This document shows, piece after piece, positions 1 to 11,407 of a stretch of 43,774 nt of DNA. Positions within the stretch are counted from its first letter, which is position 1. The number at the start of each line of letters is the position of its first letter. Under the pieces are notes generated by a model. It searched no databases. It saw only the letters and a list, made by a program, of their open reading frames with translations, and was not told the DNA's origin. A program made the position numbers and the translations under genes. Source of the stretch: an uncultured Cypionkella sp. Its GTDB lineage: Bacteria; Pseudomonadota; Alphaproteobacteria; Rhodobacterales; Rhodobacteraceae. The DNA lies in the NCBI GenBank assembly GCA_964497815.1, contig CAZCFC010000001.1, forward strand, positions 1 through 43,774, read 5' to 3'.

Positions 1-31
1 TCAGCCCCAAGAGCAGGAAAATACGAGTCAT
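1..31 (-). CDS. 5' end of a gene running out of the window (MTRIFLLLGL..., signal-peptide-like); product unknown
   Basis: Minus-strand ATG at 31-29 preceded by RBS-like AAAAGGTGA; frame open to the window edge; hydrophobic N-terminus. Confidence 0.45.
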   Translation of the reverse strand, partial: MTRIFLLLGL

Positions 32-178
32 GCTGTCACCTTTTGTGCAGCAGAGTCGGCTGTATGCAGGGCGGGGTCAAGCCGATGACTGGCCCGCGCG
101 CAAAACAGCGCAGGGCGGGGGAAAACCCGTGATCTTGGCTCATACAAGTCGCGTCAAATCAAGGGCTTGGCATCGCCA

Positions 179-1474
179 CTACAAGACATACCTTGAAATG
201 TCCGCCGATCGTGACAGCGCGCCAAGGTTGATCTCGACAAAGCCTGCGTCGACAATCACGGCCTCACCGCTGCGATCTGGTGCGGTGAACGACAGATCTT
301 CGAACACCCGCTCCATCACTGTGTAAAGCCTGCGCGCGCCAATGTTCTCGACGCTGCGGTTCACCTCGGCTGCGATCCGCGCCAATGCTGCGATGCCGTC
401 CTTGGTGAACGTCACCACCACATCCTCGGTGCCCATCAGCGCCGCGTACTGTCGGGTCAGCGCGTTGTCTGTTTCGGTCAGGATTCGCACGAAGTCGCCT
501 TCCGTCAGTGGCGCCAGCTCTACCCGGATCGGCAGGCGTCCCTGCAATTCGGGCAGCAGATCAGAAGGTTTGGCGACATGGAACGCACCGCTGGCGATGA
601 ACAGGATGTGATCTGTTTTCACCGGTCCGTACTTTGTCGAAACCGTGGTGCCTTCGATCAGCGGCAGCAGATCGCGCTGCACGCCTTCGCGCGACACATC
701 AGCGCCGCGCGCGTCTGACCGGGCACAGATCTTGTCTATTTCGTCCAGAAACACGATCCCGTTTTCCTGAACCGCCTGCAGTGCGGCGGCTTTCACTGTC
801 TCATCATCCAGCAACTTGTCGGCCTCTTGCCCGATCAGCAGATCATAGCTGTCGGCAACCGTGACCTTCTTGCGCGTCGAGCGGCTGCCAAAAGCCTTGA
901 ACAAGTCTTGCAGGCCCTGCATCTGCAGTTCCATCCCCTGCCCGCCCATCATCGGCATGGCGGGGGTGGGGTCTGCGATGTCCAGCTCGATCACGGTGTC
1001 GTCCAATTCGCCGCGCCGCAGCTTGCCCCGGAACATCTCGCGGGTCTGCTCGCGGGCGTCTTTGCCGGCCAAAGCCTCGATCACGCGCTCTTCCGCCGCC
1101 GATTTGGCGCGTGCAGCCACATCCTCGCGCATCCGGGCGCGGGTATCGACCATCGCCGTGTCAACCAGATCGCGGATGATGCTGTCCACATCCCGGCCGA
1201 CATAGCCCACTTCGGTGAACTTCGTCGCCTCAACCTTCAGAAACGGCGCTTTCGCCAGCTTGGCCAGACGCCGCGCAATTTCAGTTTTGCCGACGCCGGT
1301 AGGGCCAATCATCAGAATGTTCTTGGGATACACCTCATCCCGGATGTCATCGGCCAGATGACGACAGCGCCACCTGTTGCGCAAGGCCACTGCAACGGCG
1401 CGCTTGGCGTCGCGCTGGCCGATGATGTGGCGGTCAAGCTCGGAAACGATTTCGCGTGGGGTCAGGTTGGTCAT
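179..1474 (-). CDS. hslU: ATP-dependent protease ATPase subunit HslU
   Basis: [21 protein letters not shown]-terminus, Walker [13 protein letters not shown] pore motif, [17 protein letters not shown]-terminal SRYVL; 4-nt overlap with hslV. Confidence 0.98.
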   Translation of the reverse strand: MTNLTPREIVSELDRHIIGQRDAKRAVAVALRNRWRCRHLADDIRDEVYPKNILMIGPTGVGKTEIARRLAKLAKAPFLKVEATKFTEVGYVGRDVDSIIRDLVDTAMVDTRARMREDVAARAKSAAEERVIEALAGKDAREQTREMFRGKLRRGELDDTVIELDIADPTPAMPMMGGQGMELQMQGLQDLFKAFGSRSTRKKVTVADSYDLLIGQEADKLLDDETVKAAALQAVQENGIVFLDEIDKICARSDARGADVSREGVQRDLLPLIEGTTVSTKYGPVKTDHILFIASGAFHVAKPSDLLPELQGRLPIRVELAPLTEGDFVRILTETDNALTRQYAALMGTEDVVVTFTKDGIAALARIAAEVNRSVENIGARRLYTVMERVFEDLSFTAPDRSGEAVIVDAGFVEINLGALSRSADISRYVL

Positions 1475-2028
1475 TTGGAAATCCGCTCCACCGTCAGGTT
1501 GCCATTGGTAAACACGCAGATTTCAGACGCAATCGCCATGGCGCGGCGGGCCACGTCTTCGGCGGGCAGATCGGTGGTCATCAGCCCGCGCGCGGCGGCC
1601 AGCGCAAAGTTGCCGCCCGAGCCGATGGCAGCCACATCATGTTCCGGCTCCAGCACATCGCCTGCCCCGGTGATCACGTACAGATCTGTGCCATCGGTGA
1701 CGATCAGCATGGCCTCAAGGTTGCGCAGGTACTTGTCCATCCGCCAATCCTTGGCCAGTTCGACGCAGGCGCGGGCCAATTGGCCGGGGGCGGATTCCAG
1801 CTTTTTCTCAAGCCGTTCCAGCAGGGTAAAGGCGTCGGCGGTCGAACCTGCAAAGCCCGCCACCACATCGTGCCCGCCGGGCGACAGCCGCCGCACCTTG
1901 CGGGCAGTGCCCTTGATCACCGTGTTGCCCAACGACACTTGTCCGTCGCCCGCCACCACCACTTCGCCACCGCGCCGCACCGCCAGAATTGTGGTGCCGT
2001 GCCAGCCGGGAAATTTATCGTCGGCCAT
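1471..2028 (-). CDS. hslV: ATP-dependent protease peptidase subunit HslV
   Basis: [11 protein letters not shown] (catalytic Thr after short propeptide), [26 protein letters not shown]; start chosen at ATG 2028 with GGAGGG RBS. Confidence 0.97.
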   Translation of the reverse strand: MADDKFPGWHGTTILAVRRGGEVVVAGDGQVSLGNTVIKGTARKVRRLSPGGHDVVAGFAGSTADAFTLLERLEKKLESAPGQLARACVELAKDWRMDKYLRNLEAMLIVTDGTDLYVITGAGDVLEPEHDVAAIGSGGNFALAAARGLMTTDLPAEDVARRAMAIASEICVFTNGNLTVERISK

Positions 2029-2053
2029 ATCAGCCCTCCGCTTGCTTCTCTCT

Positions 2054-2082
2054 ATATGGAAGGCCGCAGCGCATCGCACAAG
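2054..2082 (-). promoter_or_regulatory. Putative RpoH (sigma-32) promoter of hslVU
   Basis: Minus strand CTTGTG-N16-TCCATAT resembles the alphaproteobacterial RpoH consensus CTTGAA-N15/16-CCTATAT, directly upstream of heat-shock genes. Confidence 0.6.
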
Positions 2083-2126
2083 CCGGACGGTTGGCAACCG
2101 GGCGGGAATTGTCTTAACCTGCGCGT

Positions 2127-2996
2127 ATGTCCCGACAGTGTCTTCTGAACTTCTACCTTCCCGCCCGCAAGCGTGCTCAGGTCACGACGGGTGACGGGAT
2201 TTATGCTTTGATCACACAGGCGGTTGCGCGGGCGGGCTGGCAGATCAATTTGCGCGACGAAGCCGAGCAAGTGGGCGGTGACGGGTATCACCTGATCTAC
2301 AATCGGGCCGTCACAGAGCCGCATTGCCTGTGTTTGCGCCGCTGCTACATGAACCCGTTCTGGCGGATTGAGGCGACGAATGACCGCTGGGATTGGGACG
2401 TGGCCGCCAAGCCCTTTCCGGGAGGCACAGGGGACGAGTGGTTTCCCAATCGTTGGCGGTCCCGGATGTTTGGCCAGATGCCAGTCCGGGCTGATGGCCA
2501 TATTTTCATGCCACTTCAGGGCAAATTGACCGAGCATCGCCATTTTCAATCGCAAAGCCCTGTCAGCATGATCGCCAGCACGCTGGCCGCCGACCCGTCA
2601 CGCAAGAGTATCGCCACGCTGCACCCGCGCGAAACCTACAGCCCCCAAGCGTTAGGCGCGCTATCCCGCTTTGGTGATCGGTTCGAGATTTCGCAGCGCC
2701 CCTCGATCGAATTGCTGGCCAGTTGTGATTATGTTGTGACCGAGAATTCCGCGATGGCCCTTTCCGGCTTTTTTGCCAGAAAACCCGCCGTTCTGTTCGC
2801 TCGGATCGACTTTCATCACATCGCGGGGTCGGTGCCGCATTTCGGTGTGAAGGCCGCGTTCGACATCATGCGAAAGCGGGCACCCTTCGCGCCTTACTTG
2901 CATTGGTTTTTCAAGGCGCAGGCAATTTCAGCCATCGACGAAAATGCGACCCAGCGCATTCAGCTTCGCTTGCGCGAACACGGCTGGCCGATATGA
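2127..2996 (+). CDS. Putative KpsS/KpsC-like (capsule biosynthesis family) glycosyltransferase-like protein
   Basis: 289 aa ORF filling the hslV-trxA gap; [32 protein letters not shown] segments resemble the C-terminal GT-B domain of KpsS/KpsC-type proteins. Confidence 0.6.
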   Translation: MSRQCLLNFYLPARKRAQVTTGDGIYALITQAVARAGWQINLRDEAEQVGGDGYHLIYNRAVTEPHCLCLRRCYMNPFWRIEATNDRWDWDVAAKPFPGGTGDEWFPNRWRSRMFGQMPVRADGHIFMPLQGKLTEHRHFQSQSPVSMIASTLAADPSRKSIATLHPRETYSPQALGALSRFGDRFEISQRPSIELLASCDYVVTENSAMALSGFFARKPAVLFARIDFHHIAGSVPHFGVKAAFDIMRKRAPFAPYLHWFFKAQAISAIDENATQRIQLRLREHGWPI

Positions 2997-3020
2997 AAAA
3001 GGCGCCCCCGAAAGGACGCC
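2996..3020 (-). terminator. Intrinsic terminator for trxA, at the convergent junction with the 2127-2996 gene
   Basis: Minus strand GGCGTCCT-TTCG-GGGGCGCC followed by TTTTT. Confidence 0.75.
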
Positions 3021-3045
3021 CCCTATCCACAAGCCCTGCAAAAGA

Positions 3046-3372
3046 TCAGATTGCCGAAGCAATCCAGTTGGCCAGTGCGGCCTTTGGCGCGGCGCCAACC
3101 TTGTTCGACACCACTTCGCCGTTCTTGAACAGGAACAACGACGGAATACCACGCACGCCCAGAACCGCCGGACTTTCGGGGTTTTCGTCAACGTTGACCT
3201 TCACGATCTTCACCTTGCCCGCGTATTCGGCGGCCAGCTCTTCCAGAGCCGGGCCAATCTGACGGCAGGGGCCGCACCATTCGGCCCAGAAGTCCACGAC
3301 AACCGGAATATCCGATTTGCGGACTTCGGCATCAAAAGTGGCATCGGTCACGGCGACGGTGTTGGCACCCAT
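3046..3372 (-). CDS. trxA: Thioredoxin
   Basis: [13 protein letters not shown] active site, GIP cis-Pro motif, 108 aa from ATG 3372 with AGGAGA RBS; follows addA as is typical. Confidence 0.98.
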   Translation of the reverse strand: MGANTVAVTDATFDAEVRKSDIPVVVDFWAEWCGPCRQIGPALEELAAEYAGKVKIVKVNVDENPESPAVLGVRGIPSLFLFKNGEVVSNKVGAAPKAALANWIASAI

Positions 3373-3406
3373 GGCGGGATCTCCTGAGGGAAAGTGTCGG
3401 ACACAG

Positions 3407-3435
3407 AACCTATGGACGACCGGGGGCCGCGTCAA
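3407..3435 (-). promoter_or_regulatory. Putative sigma-70 promoter of trxA overlapping the addA stop codon
   Basis: Minus strand TTGACG-N17-TAGGTT. Confidence 0.6.
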
Positions 3436-6400
3436 GGGGCGCGGGCACTCTCTATCGTGGTGCGCGCCAAGGCCGCACTCACGATATCGGGATCGACGGG
3501 CATCAGTTGCGCCGCCCGTGTCCACAGGATCGCAGTTTCAATGCGCCGTGTCGGGTAGATCTGTTGCAGGGCGTGGGCATAGGCCCCCAATTGCCGCAAC
3601 AGACCTTCCGGGATTTGCGCCGGGCTTGCCGGGATCAGGTGGTTGGATTTGTAATCCACCGCCGTGACCACCCTGTCGGTAACAATCAGTCGGTCAATGC
3701 TGCCGTAAAGCCTGTGGCCCCGCAGGTCGGCAGAGATCGGTACTTCGGCCATCGTGTCCGGGCCAAACAGATACGCCAGATCGGGGGCCGTCAGGACGCC
3801 CGAGGCTTCGCGCAGTATTCCGGCGCACAGGATGGGGTCGGGCACCACAGCCGCCGCCATCGCAGGCCAATCCGCCGGTGCGGACAACGGCAGATGTTCC
3901 AGCAAAAGATGCAGGGCGGTGCCGCGCGCCTTTGCTTCGTCTTCGGTTGATCCATCCGCCTCACCCGGCAAAACCTTGGCCCCGCCCAGATCAGAGGGCG
4001 AGATCAACGCCGCAGGTCGTTGTGGATCGGTGGCCGGAACCAGCGCCCATGCAGGCAGTTCGTATAATTCAGGCAGGGTCAAAGACGTTTCTGCCGCCGG
4101 CGCAGGCCAATCGCCAACCTGATAGCGCAGAATGCCGCCTGCCGCAGCCTGGGCTCCGACCGCCTGCATGCCTTGCGACACCAGCCGATACCACGCGCCT
4201 TCGGATTTCGCCGTACCCGCGCCTGCCACAATCAGCCAGGCCCGTGCCCGTGTCAGTGCCACATACAACAGCCGCAGGCTTTCCTGTTCGGTCCGGGCCA
4301 GCCGCGCCGCGCGCACCTGACGGATGGCGTCTGGGCTGTCCTCTGCCCCGGTCTTCCATACCGGAGTATCGTCAGGCAAAGCGTAAATCTCATCCCGGTC
4401 TGGCGGCTTGCGGTCGGCGGTTTCGGGCAGGATCACGATGGGCGCTTCCAGCCCCTTGGCACCGTGCACCGTCATCACGCGGATCCGGTGACCCTCGCTG
4501 TCCATCTGACGCTTGACCTCGATGTCGTCGGTTTCCAGCCAGATCAGAAATCCGGTCAGGCTGGGAATGTCGTTACGCTCATAGGCCAACGCCTGCGACA
4601 GCAGTTCGTCAATGCCATCCTCGGCCTCTGGCCCAAGACGCGCCAGCAGACGGCGGCGGCCATCGTGGCGTGTCAGGGCGCGCTCGATCAGATCGAAGGG
4701 GCGCAGGAAATCTGCCTGATCCCGCAGGTCTGTCAGCATGGCCCGCGTTTCTGCGTGATCTGTCCGATTGCGCAGTGCTTCCCACAGATAGCCTTTGCGA
4801 CCCCGGGCAAGATCATAAAGCTGCGCTTCGGTCCAACCGCAAAGCGGAGAGCGCAGCAAGGCCGCAAGCGACAGATCATCTTCGGGGGTTGCCAGAAAAG
4901 CCAGAAGCGCCGCCAAATCCTTGACCGCCAGTTCCGCGCCAAGTTTCAGCCGATCCGCCCCGGCAATCGGCAAAAGCAACTTCTTGCAGGCGCGAATAAT
5001 CTCGGAAAACAAGGCTGAACGCCGTTGCACCAGGATCAGGAAATCACCCGCATGAACAGGTCGACAGCCCGCCGCTGCCTCTTTCATATCAACGGGAATC
5101 TGCACCTGCGCGTCGATCATCACCTTGATTTCATGCGCAATCTTTTCTGCCAGCCGCGCCGCGTGATGGGTTTCCGCGATCAGATCAACCGGGTCTTCCC
5201 AGTTCTCGTCCTTATCGGCCTTTGTCGGATCAATCAGCGGCCATAGGTCTACGCGCCCCGGCATCAGGTCTTTGAAGGCGTGGTGCGACACGTTTTCGCC
5301 CAACGCCTCGGGAAAGCGGCTGCCGAAGGTTTCATCGACCAGTCGCAAGATGGCCGGGGACGACCGGAACGAATATTCCAGTGCAAGGGTTTGAAAATGC
5401 TGATCCGCCGACTTGAATTTGTGATCGAACAGAGCATGCTTTTCATCAAAGGCGGCCACATCCGCGCCTTGGAAAGAATAGATCGACTGCTTTTTGTCGC
5501 CCACGACAAACAGGGTGCGGCCGCCCGCCCGGGTGCCCTCACCGGCGGTAAACTCGGCTGCCAAAAGCTCGATCACGCGCCATTGATCGGGGCTGGTGTC
5601 CTGCGCCTCGTCCACCAGAATGTGGTCAATGCCGCCATCAAGCCGGAACAGCACCCAAGCGGCGACAGACGGGTCGGTCAACAGCGATTTGGCGCGGGTG
5701 ATCAGATCATCGAAATCCAGCCAACCGCGATCGGCCTTGCGCCGGGCATAAAGCGGCAGAAAGGCCGCGGCAAAGCGGTGCAACGTGGCGCTTTTCTGCG
5801 CGGCTTGCAGGGCGATACGGCGGTTTCGTGCAGACTCGACCCGCAGCATCAAGGCATCAAGTTGATCCAGATCGGGTGCAAGGACTTTTTGCAGGTCTTT
5901 GGTGGGGATCTTGCCGATTTTCGCCGCGAAGGGTGCGGCGGTTTTGGCCGTGAAAAGAAACACGTCCTCAAGCGCCATCAGCGTGCTTAGCGTTGGCGCA
6001 TCAAGGTCAAGTGCCCCCAATTGCGCGGCAATTTTTGCATCGGTGGGCTTGCCACCCGCCATGACCGGCAAGATCTTGGCCAGCAACGCCGACTCATAGC
6101 CCAAGAACACATCGGCCAGGATTGCGGTGCTGCTTTCGCCGGGCGGTACCCCAAACAGCGCCCGCGCCTGCGCTTCGGTCAGGGGCTTGTCAAAGCCCGC
6201 GCGCTTGCTGGCCACCTGCTCCATCAATGCTGTAAAGTCATCTCCGGTGTAGACGCGCGCCACTTCGGCCATCACGGCGGGTGCGGTGGTCTCGGCCATC
6301 TCTTCGACAATGGCGCTGCGCAGCAGACGCGCGGCGCGATCGTCAAGTTCTGTGAATTGCGGCGAAACACCCGCCTCCAGCGGAAACCGGCGCAGCAAGG

Positions 6401-6785
6401 TGGCGCAAAAGCTGTGGATGGTCTGAATGCGCAATCCACCGGGGGTTTCAATGGCCCGGGCAAACAACTGCCGCGCCTTCGCCAGCGCACCAGAAGCGTG
6501 GCGACCGTCATCCCCCAATTCCGCCAAAGCCGCGTGCAGGTCGGCGTCGGGCTTCATCGCCCACTCACCAAGGCGGCGGAACAGGCGGTTCTGCATCTCG
6601 GTTGCGGCGGCCTTGGTGTAGGTAAGGCACAGGATGTGCTGCGGCTGCACGCCCGCCAGCAACAGACGCGCCACCCGGTCGGTCAGCACGCGGGTCTTGC
6701 CCGACCCGGCATTGGCCGAAAGCCATGTCGTCGCGTTGGGGTCTGACGCCTGAACCTGTCTTTCAGAGGCTTCACTGCGTTTCAT
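3432..6785 (-). CDS. addA: Double-strand break repair helicase/nuclease AddA
   Basis: ANAGSGKT Walker [55 protein letters not shown]-terminal GSIDRL..VDYKS nuclease. Confidence 0.97.
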   Translation of the reverse strand: MKRSEASERQVQASDPNATTWLSANAGSGKTRVLTDRVARLLLAGVQPQHILCLTYTKAAATEMQNRLFRRLGEWAMKPDADLHAALAELGDDGRHASGALAKARQLFARAIETPGGLRIQTIHSFCATLLRRFPLEAGVSPQFTELDDRAARLLRSAIVEEMAETTAPAVMAEVARVYTGDDFTALMEQVASKRAGFDKPLTEAQARALFGVPPGESSTAILADVFLGYESALLAKILPVMAGGKPTDAKIAAQLGALDLDAPTLSTLMALEDVFLFTAKTAAPFAAKIGKIPTKDLQKVLAPDLDQLDALMLRVESARNRRIALQAAQKSATLHRFAAAFLPLYARRKADRGWLDFDDLITRAKSLLTDPSVAAWVLFRLDGGIDHILVDEAQDTSPDQWRVIELLAAEFTAGEGTRAGGRTLFVVGDKKQSIYSFQGADVAAFDEKHALFDHKFKSADQHFQTLALEYSFRSSPAILRLVDETFGSRFPEALGENVSHHAFKDLMPGRVDLWPLIDPTKADKDENWEDPVDLIAETHHAARLAEKIAHEIKVMIDAQVQIPVDMKEAAAGCRPVHAGDFLILVQRRSALFSEIIRACKKLLLPIAGADRLKLGAELAVKDLAALLAFLATPEDDLSLAALLRSPLCGWTEAQLYDLARGRKGYLWEALRNRTDHAETRAMLTDLRDQADFLRPFDLIERALTRHDGRRRLLARLGPEAEDGIDELLSQALAYERNDIPSLTGFLIWLETDDIEVKRQMDSEGHRIRVMTVHGAKGLEAPIVILPETADRKPPDRDEIYALPDDTPVWKTGAEDSPDAIRQVRAARLARTEQESLRLLYVALTRARAWLIVAGAGTAKSEGAWYRLVSQGMQAVGAQAAAGGILRYQVGDWPAPAAETSLTLPELYELPAWALVPATDPQRPAALISPSDLGGAKVLPGEADGSTEDEAKARGTALHLLLEHLPLSAPADWPAMAAAVVPDPILCAGILREASGVLTAPDLAYLFGPDTMAEVPISADLRGHRLYGSIDRLIVTDRVVTAVDYKSNHLIPASPAQIPEGLLRQLGAYAHALQQIYPTRRIETAILWTRAAQLMPVDPDIVSAALARTTIESARAP

Positions 6786-9727
6786 GCGTCATCCTCCGGC
6801 CCGACTGTTTCAGGTTGGGCGCGATCTGACATCTGCCATTCACCATAGCGCGCAAGGTGGTCATAGTCGCCGGGATAGCGATCTTCGAACACGGCCCGCC
6901 GCGCGGTGTAACCGGTGGTACGGGTCAGGTAGCGGCCTATCAGGGTGATCAGCTTTTCCCATTCCTGCCGCAACAGGTCGGGCGTCATATCCGTTTCCAC
7001 GGCTTTTTCGCCGGCACCAAGGCCGATGTAGCTGATCTTGGCCACATCAGAGGGGCCCAGATTGGCAAAGCCACCACGCTCGGCCATCGCGGCTGCCAGC
7101 AAGAGCTGCTTTTCGTAGGCGCGTTGCTGCGCTTCGGTGGGGGGGCTGCCGGTCTTGTAGTCGATCATCTGCAGCCGGCCATCGGGCAGCCGGTCAATGC
7201 GGTCGGGCGTGCCATAAAGGGTGAAGGGCAAGGGCGACAAGGGCACCGAACCGACGGTTTCCACAATCAACGGCGTGCCGCCATGCCGCGTGTCCTGGGT
7301 AAGAAAATGATCAGCCGCCCGATCGAGCCGTGCCAGCCACAGGGTGCGGGCGGCTGGAAAGGGGGTCTGTTCGGCCAGAACGGTGACGGCAATGTCCAGC
7401 AGGCGGCGGCGGGCCTCGGCGCGGGTTTCCACCTTGGGGCGGGTTTTCACGAAACGCTCCAGCACTTCGTGTACCACCATGCCACGGTCACGCGGATCAG
7501 GGGCAGCGTGCAGTGGGTCCAGTGGGTAAAGTTTCAGGATATGGCGCGCGTAGATCGCATAGGGGTCGCGGATCAGACGGGCGATGTTGGTCAGTGACAG
7601 CCTGTCGGGGCGCGCAGAGACGGGCGGACGTGGGGCCGGGCGGCGCGCGGGCATAAGGCGCGGATCGGCCAGCATCGCAGCCGTGGGCCGCTCTAGTGCA
7701 TGTGCCATTGCCAGCCATTTTGCACCGCGCGCGCGCATCTGGTCCAGTGCTGCGGGACCGTCCAGCGTTGGCAGCCCCTCCATCAGGTTGACCAGGCGGT
7801 TGATCCAGCGTGACGGCACGGTTTCGGATTCGGCGTTGCGCGTTGCGCGGGTCAGCACCACGCGGGGGGCGGCGATGGCCTGTTGATAATCATGCGCCGA
7901 CAGACCAATCTGGCGTTCGGGCAACAACAGAGCCGCATTTTTGCGCATACTGCGGTTCAGCCAAGGGTCAGGCTCGGGCAGTTTTGGCCAGATTGAATCG
8001 TTCAGCCCGCCCAGAATGACCAGTTCGGCCCCCTGCACCCGTGCCTCAAGCGTGCCCCAGATCATGATGTTGGGGTGGCCCTGCACGGATTCGCGCACTT
8101 CACCCTTGTTCACCAGCGCGCCGAAAAGATCGCGATAGGCGGGTGCAGAAAAGCTGCCGCCATGCGGGGCCTCGGAGGCCAGATCATCCATCAGGGCAAG
8201 TGCGGCGATGCCCGCTTCTTTGTCCCACAGCCCGCCGGTTCCCGAGGGGGCGGTGCCACGCGCCAAGGTTTCGGCAAGACTGCGGTGCTGGCTGACGTGA
8301 TCGGTCAGAGGGCGGGTGGCGATGCCTTCAAGCCCGTCCAGAGCAGAGGCAATGAAGCTGGCCCAATCCTGAATGCCGCTATCTTTTCGCGTCTGCGCCC
8401 AGACGATCAGGTCGGCCCCCGTCGGAAAGCTGGGACCGTATCGGCGCAGCTTCAACTCCAGATGCCGGGTAAACAGCAAATGTTGCCCGCGATCATCCGA
8501 AGATGCGGTCAACGGGTGCTTCAGCAGCGTCAGCAACCGATCCGCTGTCAGCTTTTCACCAAAAAGACCGGCGACGTGGCGCAGGAACCGGCCCGGTGCA
8601 GAAAGCGCCAAGGGCCGCCCGGCGCTGTCGTCAGGAAGGATTGCCCACCGATCCAAAGCGGCAGTGACCTGCCGTGTCAGGTTGCGATCGGGCGATATCA
8701 GTGCGGCTTTGGTGCCATTCTGCGCGGCGTCTCGCAGGATCAGGGCTATGGCAAGCGCCTCGGTGCGGGGCGATTGCGCCTCGATCAAGGTGACATCTTG
8801 GGTTGCTTTGGGCAGGTGCGGCAGTTTCGGTCCTTCGACCAGCCATTGATCTGTGACAGGTGCGGGCCGCAAAGACAGGGAAATCAGACTGTTGCGGTCA
8901 GGATCGGGGGCGTTTACGGCGCGCCATTGCTGAATGTCGTTTGGCGCGATGCCCAGCAGGTCCATCAGGCGGCGAAAGCGGTACTGCGGGTGGTCTTCGG
9001 CGGTCAGTGCATCGTCCATCGCGGCCCAGACGGTGGCTGGGGTGTCAAAATCATAGCCGGGCAGCAGCAAGGCCCCCTGTGGCAGTCGCGCCACAGCCTG
9101 CATGAACAATGCCGTGGTGCCGCGCGAGGCGGTCGAGCCCGCCACCAGTATCGGGCCTTGCGGGGGAGCAACCGCCCACCGGTCCGTCAGTCGCGCCACC
9201 GCCAGCCGCTGCCGCGCCTCGGCGTTCAGCGTGTCGGTAAACAAAGGGGCGATGATTGACAGAAAGGTCTGCGTGCGCTCCCAGTGTTTGGAGTGGTTCG
9301 AGACGTCCAGCGCCGCTATTGCCTGCGGAGAGACGCCTTCGCCCTGCATTTCGTCGATCAGGGTGGCAAGGCTGTCGGCTAGATCAAAAAGCGCGGCACG
9401 AGGGGCCAGTTCTGGCTGGGCGTCAAGCAATCCCGCAATCAGTTTGGCCAGTTCCAACCGCAACCGCAGCGGTGGAATGGCGGCAGGCAGGGCAAGGCCG
9501 GGGTCCTGGGCAAGGTCTGTCACCAACCGCAACCGTGGCAAAAACCGCGCGCCCGTTTCGGTGAACAGGTCTGTCACGCGGCGGCGCATGCGCGCGGTAT
9601 TGAGATACACGGTCACCCGGGCCATTGCTTCGGGTGGCTGATCGGCCATGCGCTCGGTCAGGCCCGCCACCAGATGCGCTGGAAAGTCGGCGCCCGGGGG
9701 CAGGGCGAAGAAGCCGGCGCTAAACAT
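6782..9727 (-). CDS. addB: Double-strand break repair protein AddB
   Basis: FALPPGADF N-terminus, AGSTASRG, HPQYRF, GTLEARVQ, RDPYAIYA, GTPDRID..IDYKTG nuclease, DYDHLAR; 4-nt overlap with addA. Confidence 0.96.
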   Translation of the reverse strand: MFSAGFFALPPGADFPAHLVAGLTERMADQPPEAMARVTVYLNTARMRRRVTDLFTETGARFLPRLRLVTDLAQDPGLALPAAIPPLRLRLELAKLIAGLLDAQPELAPRAALFDLADSLATLIDEMQGEGVSPQAIAALDVSNHSKHWERTQTFLSIIAPLFTDTLNAEARQRLAVARLTDRWAVAPPQGPILVAGSTASRGTTALFMQAVARLPQGALLLPGYDFDTPATVWAAMDDALTAEDHPQYRFRRLMDLLGIAPNDIQQWRAVNAPDPDRNSLISLSLRPAPVTDQWLVEGPKLPHLPKATQDVTLIEAQSPRTEALAIALILRDAAQNGTKAALISPDRNLTRQVTAALDRWAILPDDSAGRPLALSAPGRFLRHVAGLFGEKLTADRLLTLLKHPLTASSDDRGQHLLFTRHLELKLRRYGPSFPTGADLIVWAQTRKDSGIQDWASFIASALDGLEGIATRPLTDHVSQHRSLAETLARGTAPSGTGGLWDKEAGIAALALMDDLASEAPHGGSFSAPAYRDLFGALVNKGEVRESVQGHPNIMIWGTLEARVQGAELVILGGLNDSIWPKLPEPDPWLNRSMRKNAALLLPERQIGLSAHDYQQAIAAPRVVLTRATRNAESETVPSRWINRLVNLMEGLPTLDGPAALDQMRARGAKWLAMAHALERPTAAMLADPRLMPARRPAPRPPVSARPDRLSLTNIARLIRDPYAIYARHILKLYPLDPLHAAPDPRDRGMVVHEVLERFVKTRPKVETRAEARRRLLDIAVTVLAEQTPFPAARTLWLARLDRAADHFLTQDTRHGGTPLIVETVGSVPLSPLPFTLYGTPDRIDRLPDGRLQMIDYKTGSPPTEAQQRAYEKQLLLAAAMAERGGFANLGPSDVAKISYIGLGAGEKAVETDMTPDLLRQEWEKLITLIGRYLTRTTGYTARRAVFEDRYPGDYDHLARYGEWQMSDRAQPETVGPEDDA

Positions 9728-10415
9728 GCGCGGATCCCAGCAGGGCCTCGGCGGTCTGGATGCCTTCCGGGCTGCCAACATCGCACCAGCCACCCTGATG
9801 AATCACGCCATAGGCGCGGCCTTTTGCAATCAGATCATCCCAGGGTCTGTTCAGGGAAAAAACAGGGTCTGGTATTGCCAAAAGCGCCGAATCCCGGATG
9901 ATCTGTGCGCCCAGATACACCGGCCCAGCCGCGCCATTGGCGCGCACAACACGCCCGTCGTCAGCCAGCAGAAAATCTCCGCGCCCCTTATGACCCCGCG
10001 CCTGATCGGCGGGCAGCAAAAGCAACAGCGTATCCATCTTGCCCTCGTCCCAGGCGGTCAATAGCTGTGTCAGCGGATTGGCTCCTGTCCAGACAGCATC
10101 GGTGTTCAGCGTCATCACTGGGCCACCGCCCATCTTGGGCAGGGCGGCACGCAAGCCACCGCCGGTTTCCAGGATTTGATCACGCTCCCAGGACAGGGCG
10201 ATGTTGCGGTGGGCGATATGGGTGGCGATCTGCTGTCCAAGATAGTGCAGGTTGATCACGATATCAGTGATGCCAGCGGCATCCGCGACGTCCAATGCAT
10301 GATCCAGCAGCGGTTTGCCTGCAACCGGCACAAGCGGTTTGGGCCGATCGGCGGTCAGCGCCCCCATCCGGGTGCCAAAGCCGGCGGCGAACAGCATCAG
10401 CGGAAATGGCCGCAT
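9720..10415 (-). CDS. murU: Nucleotidyltransferase, MurNAc-alpha-1-phosphate uridylyltransferase-like
   Basis: MLFAAGFGTRMGALT..PKPL, ILETGGGL, WCDVGSPE; directly downstream of amgK-like kinase. Confidence 0.85.
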   Translation of the reverse strand: MRPFPLMLFAAGFGTRMGALTADRPKPLVPVAGKPLLDHALDVADAAGITDIVINLHYLGQQIATHIAHRNIALSWERDQILETGGGLRAALPKMGGGPVMTLNTDAVWTGANPLTQLLTAWDEGKMDTLLLLLPADQARGHKGRGDFLLADDGRVVRANGAAGPVYLGAQIIRDSALLAIPDPVFSLNRPWDDLIAKGRAYGVIHQGGWCDVGSPEGIQTAEALLGSAHV

Positions 10416-11407
10416 TGGGAACCTATCTTGGCAAGGGCTTTGGGTGTGGGTTCTGGCAGCAGACCGGCGCATATCCGCGCCAGCGGCGCAAGATCGGGGC
10501 TGGCAAGATTGCGCTGCAACTGTTCCCATACCCGAGGGATCAGGGCAACATAGCCGGGCTTTCCGGCCACAAGGCAAAGCCGGGCAAAGATGCCAAGGAT
10601 GCGCAGAGCGCGCTGGGCCCCCAGAATGGCGTAGGCGGTTTCGAAATCTGCCTGATCTGAGCCAGCGTTCACGATGAAATGACGCAGCGTCGCGGCCTCT
10701 GTTTCACGTGAAACATCACGGCGGGCATCTTGCAGCAGCGAGACAAGATCATAGCCGGGCTGCCCCATCTGCGCCAACTGGAAGTCAAGCAGGCCGACAC
10801 GCGCCAGTCCCGTTCGATCCGGCAGCCAGAGAAGGTTTTCGGCGTGGTAGTCCCGCAGGATCATGACGCGCGGGCCGTCGGCATGTTTGGAAAGCAGTTC
10901 GGCAAGGGTGTCGTGAAAGGCGGTCGTATCGGGACGGCTGCCTGTAACGGCAAAGGCATACCAGTTCAGTGCAAAACAAGCCGCCCCGGCCCAATCCTGT
11001 GCTGTCAGGTTTTGCAGGTCTGGCGGCGCGGGATGACGTTGCAGATGGGCCAGAACATCGGCGGCGGCCGTGTAAAGCGCGGCTTCTGACAGGGGCTCTT
11101 TGGCCAGAATTCGGGCGTAAACACCATCCCCCAGATCCTCTAACAATAGAAAACCGTGAGTCAGATCTTGTGCAAGGCAGCGCGGTGCGGAAAGACCAAG
11201 GCCTGAAAGATGCGCGGCGATTTGAAGAAAGATGGCGGGATCGTCGCCTTTGCCCGGCGGTGCATCCATCAAGACCGCCGTTTCGCCGGGCCGGATCAGA
11301 CGGTCATAGCTGCGGTCGGACGCGTCCCCTGCCAGAAAGCGGCGCTTTGCAGCGGCCCAGCCGGCTCGGTCCAGAAACTGTTGTGAAAGCTTGGCGCGGT
11401 CAGGCAT
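10397..11407 (-). CDS. amgK: Aminoglycoside-phosphotransferase-family anomeric MurNAc/GlcNAc kinase
   Basis: LAGDASDRSYDR, LLLEDLGD, LRDYHAENL, LLDFQ, YDLVSLLQDARR, ILGIFARL; tsaE-amgK-murU synteny. Confidence 0.85.
   Translation of the reverse strand: MPDRAKLSQQFLDRAGWAAAKRRFLAGDASDRSYDRLIRPGETAVLMDAPPGKGDDPAIFLQIAAHLSGLGLSAPRCLAQDLTHGFLLLEDLGDGVYARILAKEPLSEAALYTAAADVLAHLQRHPAPPDLQNLTAQDWAGAACFALNWYAFAVTGSRPDTTAFHDTLAELLSKHADGPRVMILRDYHAENLLWLPDRTGLARVGLLDFQLAQMGQPGYDLVSLLQDARRDVSRETEAATLRHFIVNAGSDQADFETAYAILGAQRALRILGIFARLCLVAGKPGYVALIPRVWEQLQRNLASPDLAPLARICAGLLPEPTPKALAKIGSQCGHFR

Noticed and set aside
827-2194. 455 aa plus-strand ORF (and similar long ORFs at 8075-9259, 17618-18769, 20605-22275, 22415-23743, 24188-25459, 39892-41262)
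   Set aside because: Antisense shadows of well-supported genes in a high-GC genome; no recognisable motifs
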